NCBI GenBank assembly: GCA_002780715.1 | Contig: PEUO01000209.1 | Coordinates: 225-24,224 of the forward strand | Source: Deltaproteobacteria bacterium CG03_land_8_20_14_0_80_45_14 | GTDB lineage: Bacteria > Desulfobacterota > BSN033 > UBA1163 | Direction of reading: 5' to 3' | DNA length: 24,000 bases | In this document: in pieces, positions 1-8,279 of the stretch | How the letters are laid out: every line of letters starts with the position of its first letter | Numbering within the stretch: position 1 is the first letter of the stretch | Position numbers and translations under genes: made by a program | The notes under the pieces: generated by a model | Databases searched by the model: none | What the model saw: only the letters and a program-made list of their open reading frames with translations | Told to the model about the DNA's origin: nothing

Positions 1-329
1 ATGGAACAATGGACCTTCGTCGGTGGAAGTCCGCCGAGGGCCTCGGCGATCACCTGATCTGAAATCATAAGAGCCTCTTCAATCGTTTTTCCTTTGATCA
101 TCTCTGTAGTGATGCTCGAAGAAGCGATGGCGGCCCCACACCCAAAGGTCAGAAACTTCGCATCGATGATCCGATCCGTCTCTACTTTGATAAAAAGCCG
201 CATCGTATCGCCACAAACAGGATTCTGAGCTTCTCCAACTCCATCAGGGTTCTCCATCTCGCCCATATTCCTCGGATAGTTAAAATGTTCGAGGACAATC
301 TGATTATACGAGCCCGTTTCTTCTGCCAT
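1..329 (-). CDS. iscU: Fe-S cluster assembly scaffold, IscU/NifU N-terminal-domain type (C-terminus lies beyond the left edge)
   Basis: Absent from the ORF track because it runs off the window. The reverse complement from ATG 329 reads MAEETGSYNQIVLEHFNYPRNMGEMENPDGVGEAQNPVCGDTMRLFIKVETDRIIDAKFLTFGCGAAIASSSITTEMIKGKTIEEALMISDQVIAEALGGLPPTKVHCS.. It carries the three scaffold cysteines (CGD, FGCG, HCS) of the IscU/NifU family. Confidence 0.9.
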   Translation of the reverse strand, partial: MAEETGSYNQIVLEHFNYPRNMGEMENPDGVGEAQNPVCGDTMRLFIKVETDRIIDAKFLTFGCGAAIASSSITTEMIKGKTIEEALMISDQVIAEALGGLPPTKVHCS

Positions 330-350
330 TCTAAGTCCTTAGCCTAATTC

Positions 351-470
351 GCAAAGCGCATAGGGCATAGAGCATAGCGTTGCCCCTCACCCTACCCTCC
401 CCCCGTGGGGGAGAGGAGAAGGTGAGGGGGACTGCTCAGGATTTAAACGCTCTGCGCTTTGCGCTATGCA
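351..470. repeat. Nested GC-rich palindromic intergenic element
   Basis: An inner hairpin CCCCTCACCCTACCCTCCCCC-cgt-GGGGGAGAGGAGAAGGTGAGGGG (383-430) is nested in imperfect outer arms built from the words GCAAAGCGCA and GCATAGCG (351-380 versus 447-470). It lies between the fprA stop and the iscU start. Confidence 0.7.
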
Positions 471-474
471 TTCT

Positions 475-1659
475 TTATTTGCCTAAGGCTTTTTTGGCAA
501 ATTCCTTTCCGAATTGAATCGCACTTTTCAATTCTTCCGGATCTGGAACAAATTGAACAGGAAATTCCTTCTCCCAAATTTCGAATTTCTCCTGCTCGAG
601 AGCCTTTCTCATCTCCTTGATCGCCCCTCCTCCCCAACCATGCGATCCAAAGAGGCCGAAGACCTTCCCTTTCGGTCTCAGCCCCTTCATATAGGTTAGG
701 AAGTCTCCCATCGTTGGAAACATTCCGTTGTTCAAAGTGGGTGAACCCAAAAGGATACCTTTTGCATCCAGCATCTCCTCGATGATGTCGCTCCGATGAT
801 TGGATCGCAGGTGAAGAAGTCTTGCTTCCACTCCCTCCTCAATCAAGCCTTTAAGGATAGCCTTGGCAATGCTTTCCGTACTCCCCCACATCGTATCGTA
901 GATGACAAGGAATTTATTCCTGGACTTTCCCTGGCTCCAATCCACGTAGGCCTGAATGATTCGGTTGGGATCCTTTCTCCAGATAAGACCATGGCTGGGT
1001 CCGATCATATCGATGGGAATCCCCATTTTCACCACTTCGTCCACTTTTTTCAAAATGAGCGGCGCCAAAGGCCAAAGGATATTGGCATAATATTTTGCCG
1101 CGTGTTTCATGATGACATCCCCCACCTCATCTTCAAATCTCTGGGAAGAAGCAAAATGCTGACCAAAGGCATCATTCGGCAAAAGGAGTTGATCTTCTTT
1201 AATATAGGTGAACATGCTATCCGGCCAGTGAAGCATGGGAGCCTCCACAAAGGTGAGGGTCCGATGACCGAGGGAAAATGCGTCTCCGCTCTTCACAATC
1301 TTAAATTTCAGCGATTTTTTATAATGTTTCATCAGACCCTTCTGACCCCTCTCAGAGGTGATCACGATAGGGTTTCCAATCCGTTCGACAATCTGAGTGA
1401 GGGAACCGGAGTGGTCCATCTCCACATGGTTCGAAACCACCACATCAATTTTTGACGGATCAATGATCTCTGAAATGCGCCCCAGCAACTCGAGGTAGAA
1501 CGGAGCCTTTACCGTATCCACCAGAACGTTCTTCTCGTCCAATATTAAATAAGCATTATAAGTTGTCCCATAAGGAGTGGAATAGCCGTGAAAATCTCTT
1601 ACATTCCAATCAATCGCTCCAACCCAATAAATCCCCTTCTTCAATTCTACTTTCTCCAT
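475..1659 (-). CDS. fprA: Flavodiiron protein (type A flavoprotein, O2/NO reductase; metallo-beta-lactamase-like plus flavodoxin domains)
   Basis: 394-aa ORF with the diiron ligand motif HVEMDHSG (HxExDH) in the N-terminal half and a flavodoxin-like C-terminal part (LVIYDTMWGSTE). Length and architecture are typical of FprA/ROO. Confidence 0.9.
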   Translation of the reverse strand: MEKVELKKGIYWVGAIDWNVRDFHGYSTPYGTTYNAYLILDEKNVLVDTVKAPFYLELLGRISEIIDPSKIDVVVSNHVEMDHSGSLTQIVERIGNPIVITSERGQKGLMKHYKKSLKFKIVKSGDAFSLGHRTLTFVEAPMLHWPDSMFTYIKEDQLLLPNDAFGQHFASSQRFEDEVGDVIMKHAAKYYANILWPLAPLILKKVDEVVKMGIPIDMIGPSHGLIWRKDPNRIIQAYVDWSQGKSRNKFLVIYDTMWGSTESIAKAILKGLIEEGVEARLLHLRSNHRSDIIEEMLDAKGILLGSPTLNNGMFPTMGDFLTYMKGLRPKGKVFGLFGSHGWGGGAIKEMRKALEQEKFEIWEKEFPVQFVPDPEELKSAIQFGKEFAKKALGK

Positions 1660-1751
1660 CTAAATCCTCCACTCTTTTTTTAAAGTTTTATATTTACAAA
1701 AAATAATGAATTTTTTCCAAAAAATCAATGAAGATTAAACTTAATTGGGGT

Positions 1752-1873
1752 GCTGAAAAAGTTTTTTTCATGTCACCCTGAACGAAGTGAAGGGTCTCAA
1801 ATCTTGCAAGAACGAGATTCTTCGCTTCGCTCAGAATGACAAATTAGGTACTTTTCGTAACTTTTTCAACAGC
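1752..1873. repeat. Nested imperfect palindromic intergenic element
   Basis: GTCACCCTGAACGAAGTGAAGGGTCT ... AGATTCTTCGCTTCGCTCAGAATGAC (1772-1840) form imperfect inverted arms. They sit inside outer arms GCTGAAAAAGTT (1752-1763) and AACTTTTTCAACAGC (1859-1873). Confidence 0.65.
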
Positions 1874-1878
1874 CTGCC

Positions 1879-1921
1879 AAAAAAATCAGGGCCCTTCAAA
1901 CGGCTGCGTTTGAGGGGCCCT
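1879..1921 (-). terminator. Rho-independent terminator of the lipoprotein gene
   Basis: On the minus strand, 30 nt after the stop at 1952: AGGGCCCCTCAAACG-cagc-CGTTTGAAGGGCCCT followed by GATTTTTTT (seen as a run of seven A on the plus strand, 1879-1885). Confidence 0.75.
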
Positions 1922-1951
1922 TTGAAGAAGTAATCCTTACAGAGGGGGGTA

Positions 1952-2608
1952 TTATTTTTTTAGCATGAACTCAAAAGAATCAAGGATTTTCTTCATATCC
2001 TGACGGTCGTTCGCACCCTCTTTTCCCAATATCATATAAAGAACAAAAATCTGATAGGGTTCTGTAAACCCATAAATCCATCCCTGTTCCCGCTTCACTC
2101 CTTTAATGGTATAAGTTGCATACTTCTTTGCAGCAAATTGAACGCCCTTCAAAGAATAAGATGTTGTAGGACCGATCTCAGCCTGGACATCTTTCCCATG
2201 CTCTTCTTCTAACTCTTGTTTAAAACTTCCAGTGGCAAGAGTAGTTAATCTCTCAATCGACTCTTGGCTAAATGTCGAATACCGACCTGCCGGCGTGAAA
2301 TCGAATTGAATATTCGATTTTGTTTTCGGATTATAAGCATATAATTCTGTCTGCTCCTTATCCATGGGAGAAGGCTTTCCATACCCCAGCTCTTCCAGAA
2401 AATCAGGGAATTCTGTTGTCATCTTCCAATTGGAAGGAACCGAGATATTAAATGGATATCTTATTCCGGAAAAATGATTTCCCTCAATTCTGCCGGCCGG
2501 GACTTTAAGATCTTCTTTCAGTGCCTCTCGAACAGGGGGTATTGTAGCGCATCCCACTAAAAAAATAAAAATTATACCTATTAATGAGAAACTCTTCCTA
2601 CAATGCAA
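1952..2608 (-). CDS. Hypothetical lipoprotein
   Basis: 218-aa ORF. The N-terminus MHCRKSFSLIGIIFIFLVGCAT has a hydrophobic signal sequence and a lipobox-like LVGC. I recognised no other domain. Confidence 0.7.
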   Translation of the reverse strand: MHCRKSFSLIGIIFIFLVGCATIPPVREALKEDLKVPAGRIEGNHFSGIRYPFNISVPSNWKMTTEFPDFLEELGYGKPSPMDKEQTELYAYNPKTKSNIQFDFTPAGRYSTFSQESIERLTTLATGSFKQELEEEHGKDVQAEIGPTTSYSLKGVQFAAKKYATYTIKGVKREQGWIYGFTEPYQIFVLYMILGKEGANDRQDMKKILDSFEFMLKK

Positions 2609-2901
2609 ATCTCACCTCCGTGCCTTTAGATCAGCAATTTCTATACCATCTCATTATCCTACTAAAAAATTTTTTTAACTATTTGATTTTTTTAAAAATT
2701 TTGCTTTAAAAAGTCATTGAAAAAATAGAAACGTCGAAACAATAAGTTTTTATTGAAAATTAATGTCTAATAATTGACTCTGAAATAGGGACCACCAATT
2801 TATAAAATAGCATATTCTTCTTATTTCAACAGGTTATAATATGTCTTTTTTTTGACCCTATTGTTTTAAATCAATACTATGTAAATTAATAGTGCGGGGT
2901 C

Positions 2902-3024
2902 GGGAGTTCGCCTGCCTTCGCCGAAGCGGCTACGCGCAGGCAGGTAGTTCGAAGTATCAGTTAATGTTAAGATTTTACTCCGAACTCTGAACTCCAAACT
3001 CCTTACTAATTAACCTCCGAACTG
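2902..3024. repeat. Composite repeat: CCTGCC..GGCAGG palindromic core plus 7-nt ACTCCGA-type tandem words
   Basis: The core is CCTGCCTTCG-CCGAAGCGG-CTACGCGCAGGCAGG (2911-2944). It is flanked by GGGAGTTCG and GTAGTTCGAAGT, then by ACTCCGA ACTCTGA ACTCCAA ACTCC (2977-3002) and CCTCCGAACT (3014-3023). Confidence 0.7.
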
Positions 3025-3026
3025 TT

Positions 3027-3767
3027 TCACCGGGCATGCCCAATCGCTCCAAGGTAGACAGAAATTTCGTTCTTACCATCCACACCAATGACACGGTCTA
3101 CCTCTTCATCAAAGAAGGCGCCTACTGTGCAGCAACCAAGATCCAATGCTGTCGCAGCTAAATAGAGAGTCTGGCCGATATGCCCCACATCCATGTAGAT
3201 GTAACGATAACCCCTCTCTCGATATTTCCACTTCGATCGGTCAACCATGGCTGTCCAAACAAACACGCAGGCAGCCTCTTCAAGCATCTCCTGACCCAAT
3301 CCAGCTTGACAAAGCTCAGGACCCAAATAGCCCTCCTTCAAAAGAATTAATTGCCTCTCCTTCACATTGTAATGATAGAGTCCCGATGGAATTTCTTCGA
3401 CTCGGTTCACTGCGAGATAAGTCTCAATAGGGTAAAGGGCGCCGGCAGAGGGTGAAGCTCTGAATTCAAATCCCAACGCCTTCAAAGTGATCCCTTGGGT
3501 AGCCCAGATCAATTGTGAAAGCTCGGGGAAAGTAATGGATTGGTTAGAAAATTCTCTAATGGATCGCCTTTGAGCAATCGTCTCCCAAAGAGATTTTCCA
3601 CCCTTCTGATCAAGGGGGCGAATAGGAAAATGTTTCAAGGCATAAGGAAATTCTTTGTAGGGAGAGGGCTGGTGTCCCCAATCGAGTCCCCCTCGCGGCA
3701 TGGCTTCTTTTCGATATTTTGTTTCCTGATGATACAGGTCGCCAATTCCCTCTCTTCTCCGATCCAT
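3027..3767 (-). CDS. SagB/ThcOx-family (nitroreductase-fold) dehydrogenase
   Basis: 246 aa. The N-terminal YHQETKY..P segment, RRSIREF, and the C-terminal YRYIYMDVGHIGQTLYLAATALDLGCCTVGAFFDEEV are typical of the SagB-type dehydrogenase domain. Confidence 0.75.
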   Translation of the reverse strand: MDRRREGIGDLYHQETKYRKEAMPRGGLDWGHQPSPYKEFPYALKHFPIRPLDQKGGKSLWETIAQRRSIREFSNQSITFPELSQLIWATQGITLKALGFEFRASPSAGALYPIETYLAVNRVEEIPSGLYHYNVKERQLILLKEGYLGPELCQAGLGQEMLEEAACVFVWTAMVDRSKWKYRERGYRYIYMDVGHIGQTLYLAATALDLGCCTVGAFFDEEVDRVIGVDGKNEISVYLGAIGHAR

Positions 3768-3853
3768 GGAGCACCTCCTTAAAATCTAATTAATAAAAAT
3801 TGGCTCAAAAATCAATTGCTACCCATGGATTGTTTATAGGAAACCAAAAAGAC

Positions 3854-3882
3854 TTTACAATTAACCATGCAAACATTAACAT
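3854..3882 (+). promoter_or_regulatory. Candidate sigma-70 promoter of the efflux pair
   Basis: TTTACA (3854-3859), a 17-nt spacer, then TAACAT (3877-3882), about 50 nt upstream of the ATG at 3930. Both hexamers match consensus only moderately. Confidence 0.3.
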
Positions 3883-3929
3883 AAATATATTATCTTCACG
3901 CAGGAAGTTGATAGGAGGAATCTGTATCA

Positions 3930-5030
3930 ATGGAAGAGAATAAAGTAAAACCAAACAACCAGAGAAAAAAGTTCATTGCCTTTATTTTATTTCCCATCAT
4001 CATTATCATCGGAGCGGTGGCGCTCTTTTTTTATAGAGAATATAAATCGACTCACCTCTCAACCGATGATGCCTTTGTTGATGGCAGAGTACATGCCATT
4101 GCTTCCAAGATCTCTGGTACGGTTAAGGTGATCCATGTGAAAGACAATCAGTTTGTAAAAAAGGGCTCGCCCATTCTCGAGATAGACCCAATAGATTATG
4201 AGGTCAGGGTGAAGGAGGCACAAGCTGGTTTTGAGACCGAGAGAGCAAAACTATCTGAGATCCGGGACAAGGTGGATACCGCTAAAAAACAGTTGACAGG
4301 GATCATTGCCTCGATGGAGGAAGCAAGGGCAAATCTTGAGCTTCAGGAGGCCAACCTCCGACAGGCAGAGGTTGACTTCAAAAGAGCAGAATCCCTTCTT
4401 AAAAAGGAAGTGATCCCAAGGGAACAGTATGATAAAGCAAAAACTTCTTACGATGTGGCGGCAGCACAGGTCAAGGCAGCCAGGGAGCGCATTAAACAGC
4501 TTGAGGCATCCCTTGAAACTCAGAAAGCCGTGATCAAACAAACAGAAACATCCCTCATTCCGCAGCAGGCGCAGATTCAACAGAAAGAGGCTACTCTCAA
4601 GGGGGTGGAGTTGAGCAAAAGCTACACCATAATTTATTCACCCTCAGACGGTTACATCGCCAAGAAGTCTGTTGAAATTGGAAATCAAATTCAGCCTGGA
4701 CAATCTCTCATGGCGGTTGTCCCTCTTAATGATATTTGGATTACTGCAAATTATAAGGAAACCCAACTGGGGAGGGTTAAACCAGGACAGAAGGTGAAAA
4801 TAATAGTGGATACCTACCCTGGTAAGGTATTTTACGGGAAGGTGGAGAGTGTCCAGGCAGGCACCGGAGCAGTTTTCTCCCTCTTCCCCCCTGAGAATGC
4901 CACAGGGAATTATGTCAAGATCGTGCAACGAATACCCGTCAAGATCATTCTTGATCAAGGCACAGATCCTTCCCACAACTTAAGGATTGGGATGTCTGTG
5001 GAACCTACCATATTGGTTAATTCTAAATGA
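3930..5030 (+). CDS. emrA: HlyD/EmrA-family membrane fusion (periplasmic adaptor) protein
   Basis: 366 aa with an N-terminal TM helix (FIAFILFPIIIIIGAVALFFY). It has a lipoyl-like hairpin (VDGRVHAIASKISGTVKVIHVKDNQFVKKGSPILEIDP), a long coiled coil, and GNYVKIVQRIPVKI near the C-terminus. Confidence 0.85.
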   Translation: MEENKVKPNNQRKKFIAFILFPIIIIIGAVALFFYREYKSTHLSTDDAFVDGRVHAIASKISGTVKVIHVKDNQFVKKGSPILEIDPIDYEVRVKEAQAGFETERAKLSEIRDKVDTAKKQLTGIIASMEEARANLELQEANLRQAEVDFKRAESLLKKEVIPREQYDKAKTSYDVAAAQVKAARERIKQLEASLETQKAVIKQTETSLIPQQAQIQQKEATLKGVELSKSYTIIYSPSDGYIAKKSVEIGNQIQPGQSLMAVVPLNDIWITANYKETQLGRVKPGQKVKIIVDTYPGKVFYGKVESVQAGTGAVFSLFPPENATGNYVKIVQRIPVKIILDQGTDPSHNLRIGMSVEPTILVNSK

Positions 5031-5043
5031 GACGTAGGTTGAT

Positions 5044-6576
5044 ATGAACAGGTGGATTGTTGCCATCACAGTCATGCTCCCTACGCTCATCGAGATCATC
5101 GACACATCGGTCGTCAATGTCTCCCTTGATCATATCCGCGGAAGCCTCTCTGCAGGGATTGACGAATCCACCTGGACGATTACCTCTTATCTTGTATCCA
5201 ATGCCATTATCATCCCCATTTCCGGATGGCTGAGCAGGCTCTTTGGAAGAAAACGTTATCTCATTTTCTCCATCTCCCTCTTTACCTTCAGCTCTCTCAT
5301 GTGCGGCTCTTCGTGGAATCTTCAGAGTCTTGTATTCTTCAGAGTTCTCCAGGGTCTGGGCGGCGGAGCCCTTCAGCCCATCTCCCAAGCCATTCTTCTG
5401 GAAACATTTCCACCCCATCAGCACGGGATGGCCATGGCGATCTTTGGCATTGGCATCATGTTTGGACCCATTATCGGCCCTCTGATGGGAGGATGGATTA
5501 CGGACAACTGGTCCTGGCACTGGATATTCTATATCAACGTCCCAATAGGACTTGTTTCAATTTTGATGGCTTTTCTTTTTATCGTTGACCCGCCCTACAT
5601 GCAGAGAATAAAAATGAAGATTGACTACTGGGGACTTTTGTTTTTAGTGATTGGCCTGGGATGCCTTCAGATCGTTCTCGACAAAGGAGAGAGAGAAGAT
5701 TGGTTTTCATCCGGCTTCATCACCTGGATGAGTTATATCTCCATCTCTTCTCTGATCATGTTTATCCTGGTCGAGTTTTTCGCGGAGAACCCCATTGTTA
5801 ATTTGAGGACTTTTAAAAATCTTTCATTCAGCACAGGGAATATCATCATGTTTTTCGTTTTCTTCAATCTTTTTGGAAGCATTGTATTGCTGCCCATTTT
5901 CCTCCAGACGTTGATGGGATATACGTCCTTCCTATCAGGGCTGGCACTCGGCCCCGGTGGCATTGCCACCATAATCGCCATGCCCATAGCAGGGAAACTT
6001 GTCACAAAGATCAATCCAAAGGCAATCCTTGCCTTTGGCATTGTTGTGGCTGGTTATTCGGTCCATATGATGGCTCAGTTTAATCTTCAGGTTGATTTCA
6101 ATACCATCTTTTGGCCAAGAGTTGTGTTAGGAATTGGTATGGGCTTTCTCTTCATCCCCCTTACAACGATGACCATGTCAAGCATAAGAAAGGAAGAGAT
6201 GGGAAATGCCACTGGAATTTTCAACCTCCCAAGAAACCTCGGGGGTAGCTTTGGCGTTGCCTTCATTACAACCATGCTTGCCAGAAGGGCGCAGTTTCAT
6301 CAGGTCCACCTCGTGGAACATCTCTCCCCCTTCGATAGAAACTTCCAGATTGCCCTTCCACAAATCTCCCAGATGTTGCAGCAGAAAGGGTTTATCCCTT
6401 CCCTTCCTGACCAGGGAAGCTTAGGATTAATCTATGGCGAAGTGATAAAACAGGCATCGGTGTTGTCATTTAACGATGCCTTTTACCTTCTTTCAACCAT
6501 GATGATGCTAATTCTTCCTCTTGTCCTGCTGATGAAAAAAGGGAGAGAAGGTATCCCCGCACCGGGTGTACATTAA
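5044..6576 (+). CDS. emrB: MFS drug:H+ antiporter, DHA2 (EmrB/QacA) family
   Basis: 510 aa and polytopic, with about 14 hydrophobic segments. The MFS loop motif is GWLSRLFGRKRYL. It starts 13 nt after the adaptor gene. Confidence 0.85.
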   Translation: MNRWIVAITVMLPTLIEIIDTSVVNVSLDHIRGSLSAGIDESTWTITSYLVSNAIIIPISGWLSRLFGRKRYLIFSISLFTFSSLMCGSSWNLQSLVFFRVLQGLGGGALQPISQAILLETFPPHQHGMAMAIFGIGIMFGPIIGPLMGGWITDNWSWHWIFYINVPIGLVSILMAFLFIVDPPYMQRIKMKIDYWGLLFLVIGLGCLQIVLDKGEREDWFSSGFITWMSYISISSLIMFILVEFFAENPIVNLRTFKNLSFSTGNIIMFFVFFNLFGSIVLLPIFLQTLMGYTSFLSGLALGPGGIATIIAMPIAGKLVTKINPKAILAFGIVVAGYSVHMMAQFNLQVDFNTIFWPRVVLGIGMGFLFIPLTTMTMSSIRKEEMGNATGIFNLPRNLGGSFGVAFITTMLARRAQFHQVHLVEHLSPFDRNFQIALPQISQMLQQKGFIPSLPDQGSLGLIYGEVIKQASVLSFNDAFYLLSTMMMLILPLVLLMKKGREGIPAPGVH

Positions 6577-6810
6577 CCAGAAAGCGCCCACAAAAATAAC
6601 ATACTAAAAGAAAAGTAGCGGTGACGGAAACAGCGTGTTTACCAAGAGGGCAGGTCGTTTGGCTTGACCTCTCTTAAATTTTGGTGCATATTCTCCTTAC
6701 TCCTTTGACAAATAGTCGCAAACGAGCCAAATTTTGGCAAAAAATGATATTTCTTTGATCCTTTATTCTATAATATTCTTAAATTTCAATGTATTACGAT
6801 TTTTATACTT

Positions 6811-6825
6811 TGGCACGACAATTGC
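6811..6825 (+). promoter_or_regulatory. Candidate sigma-54 (-24/-12) promoter
   Basis: TGGCACG-ACAA-TTGC (TGGCAC 6811-6816, TTGC 6822-6825) matches the TGGCAC-N5-TTGC consensus exactly. It lies 90 nt upstream of the ATG at 6916. Confidence 0.55.
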
Positions 6826-6915
6826 GTATATTTTATCCAAGTTAACTCTTCGCAGACCAGCATTTAATAACGTAAAGAATCAAATAACGGGCTAAATCTT
6901 CTTCCGGTATAAGCA

Positions 6916-7803
6916 ATGATGGAGTCTCCAGGCAAATTTTTAAGGGAAGAAAGAGAGACACGGAACATTTCGCTGGAGGAAATCTCTAACTTCACCAAGA
7001 TAAAGGAGCGCCACCTCAAAGCCATCGAAGAAGACAGATATGAGCTTCTCCCCCCTGCCCTTTATGTTAAAGGGTTCTTGAAAGGTTACGCCAGATATCT
7101 CACCCTCGATCCGAAAGACATTGTTCTCCAATATGAAAATTATCTGAAAAGTCTTATTCCTCCAGAGCCCATCGAGTTGCCTCAACAGGCTCTACCCCAT
7201 AAAAAGAGCGTTAGACCATGGTTTCTCTTCTCTCTAATCTTCGCAGTTATTCTCTTGACGGTACTCTTCATCTCCTATCCCGCGCGCCGTCCCATAGAAG
7301 AGAAACCTAAAGCTATCTCATTGCCTCCATCCTTACCCTCTCCAGCAATCCAGCAAGAGGTGAGGGTTCAAAGAATTTATCCGGCTCAACAAAATGAGTT
7401 TCCAGGATCAGAGAAGTTGGAAGTCAAGAATGTCGCGACACAACAGAGTCCTGTTTTGGAAGTTCTTGAGGCCAGCATCGGGACAGGCATTGAAAGAGAT
7501 GGCGTTCAACAGTTTCTGACCGGGAAATGTTCAGATTTTACATCCAATAACCAACGGGGTTACTTCTTCACAAGAATCAAGACTCCAAGAACAGGGAAAA
7601 TTTCCCATATTTGGCTATGGGAAGGTAAGGAGTACTATCGAATGGAAATCGATGTCAAGCCTCCAGCATGGTCAGTTTACAGTTATTACACTTTCCGGCC
7701 GCAACACATTGGAAACTGGAAGGCTGAAGCGCGAGATGGGGATCATATTCTAACCAGCCTTAACTTCAGGGTTACTCAATCCAGCGGAGATCGATCTTTA
7801 TGA
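6916..7803 (+). CDS. RodZ-like helix-turn-helix membrane protein with DUF2914-like C-terminal domain
   Basis: The N-terminal segment FLREERETRNISLEEISNFTKIKERHLKAIEEDRYELLPPALYVKGFLKGYARYL is the RodZ-type XRE HTH. It has one TM helix (WFLFSLIFAVILLTVLFI). The C-terminal HIWLWEGKEYYRMEIDV..WSVYSY....GNWKAEARDGDHILTSLNFRV resembles DUF2914, from recall only. Confidence 0.65.
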   Translation: MMESPGKFLREERETRNISLEEISNFTKIKERHLKAIEEDRYELLPPALYVKGFLKGYARYLTLDPKDIVLQYENYLKSLIPPEPIELPQQALPHKKSVRPWFLFSLIFAVILLTVLFISYPARRPIEEKPKAISLPPSLPSPAIQQEVRVQRIYPAQQNEFPGSEKLEVKNVATQQSPVLEVLEASIGTGIERDGVQQFLTGKCSDFTSNNQRGYFFTRIKTPRTGKISHIWLWEGKEYYRMEIDVKPPAWSVYSYYTFRPQHIGNWKAEARDGDHILTSLNFRVTQSSGDRSL

Positions 7804-7919
7804 AGAATCGAAGTTAGCCTGAAAAATAAATCTATAGCCGCTCTAACAGCCACAGTCAAAACAACAGAATAATTAAGAATAGGCGACCCTAATTAGTCTT
7901 CTTCACAGCTCCACTACAG

Positions 7920-8267
7920 CTAACAGCAGCCTGTTTGGTTAGCGCCTTGAGAACATTCCGAACTATCACTTGATCCCACCTCCGAATCTACCGAGCAACA
8001 GCAAGAAGAGCTTTTTCGACCCAGCATGGTATTGATCACCGCAACTGCACAGCCCACCCCCGAACGCACATTGAGAGCTTCGGTAGGACAATTTCGGGCA
8101 CAGGCGCCACATTCCATACAGGCGTCTTTGTTCGCAATTTCAATCTTGCCGTTTGTTAGACTCAACACAGCATGGGGGCAGACCAATAGACATACACCAC
8201 AACCCACACACTTTTTCTGCTCAAGCTTTAAAGTGACGACATCTTTAAGATAGATCAAATGGTTCAT
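7920..8267 (-). CDS. hgcB: Mercury methylation ferredoxin-like protein HgcB (2x[4Fe-4S])
   Basis: 115 aa with two CxxCxxCxxxCP motifs (CVGCGVCLLVCP, CMECGACARNCP), the conserved internal Cys in SGVGCAVA, and a C-terminal vicinal Cys pair (..TGCC). The RBS GAGGAG overlaps the hgcA stop, and the gene starts 12 nt after hgcA. Confidence 0.92.
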   Translation of the reverse strand: MNHLIYLKDVVTLKLEQKKCVGCGVCLLVCPHAVLSLTNGKIEIANKDACMECGACARNCPTEALNVRSGVGCAVAVINTMLGRKSSSCCCSVDSEVGSSDSSECSQGANQTGCC

Positions 8268-8279
8268 AAATGTAACTCC

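Noticed and set aside
796-1455. 219-aa plus-strand ORF, plus the 61-aa ORF at 514-699
   Set aside because: Both lie entirely antisense to the well-supported fprA gene and have no recognisable domain. They are typical shadow ORFs.
5023-5520. Minus- and plus-strand ORFs overlapping emrB (5023-5520, 5226-5588, 5243-5485, 5733-6041, 6087-6424) and emrA (4251-4580, 4644-4976)
   Set aside because: These are alternative-frame or antisense ORFs inside clear HlyD and MFS genes. Their translations are low-complexity and have no family signatures.
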